Of a stretch of 64,000 bases of DNA, positions 63,840-64,000 are shown one piece after another. A program made the position numbers and the translations under genes. The notes beneath the pieces were generated by a model. It worked only from the letters and a program-made list of their open reading frames with translations. It did not search any database and was not told where the DNA came from. Source of the DNA: Cenococcum geophilum (taxonomy: Eukaryota); the NCBI GenBank assembly GCA_050273025.1, contig CP158635.1:9176001-9240000 (forward strand), written 5' to 3'. Numbering within the stretch: the stretch's first letter is position 1; each line of letters begins with the position of its first letter.

Positions 63840-64000
63840 GATACTAATAATATATTATCCTTTATTAACTATATAACTACGAATAAGTAAATAAAAGAGC
63901 TATTACCTATTAAAATTAAAATACAAGACGCTAAGATGTTTATAAAAATGGTAGTATAAGACCCTAATAAATACTACCGCCTTTTATAGAACTACTACCT

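Noticed and set aside
1..64000. Alternative genetic code (TAA/TAG read as Gln) suggested by abundant in-frame stops
   Set aside because: Stops fall at both Gln and Trp positions, come with D-to-N, C-to-Y and G-to-S/R changes, and LTR pairs differ by C/T and G/A transitions. This is RIP.

Overview
AT-rich filamentous-ascomycete (Pezizomycotina-type) DNA heavily mutated by repeat-induced point mutation (RIP): TpA is enriched, CpA/TpG depleted, and nearly all reading frames are broken by TAA/TAG. No intact gene is evident. Seven transposable elements have resolvable ends. There are three Ty3/Gypsy chromoviruses (18241-24845 +; 29337-35528 -, nested in a LINE; 49469-57320 -), a full-length Tad1-like LINE (28005-39425 -), a ~980-bp SINE-like element (17186-18164 -), a Fot1/pogo DNA transposon (43509-45521) and a Ty1/Copia element (57719-63839 -). 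They sit in a RIP-degraded gene-rich backbone containing a DUF3435 (Starship captain-like) gene, an ankyrin-repeat gene, a MADS-box-like gene and about ten orphan genes, which suggests the relic of a Starship-like giant element. Most notable: two dissimilar Gypsy elements each carry, between pol and the 3' LTR, an antisense gene with predicted introns encoding a six-Cys (Zn2Cys6-like) cluster followed by a helical/coiled-coil and acidic region. All protein readings were made by eye and 'de-RIPped' by inference. Pseudogene boundaries are approximate.
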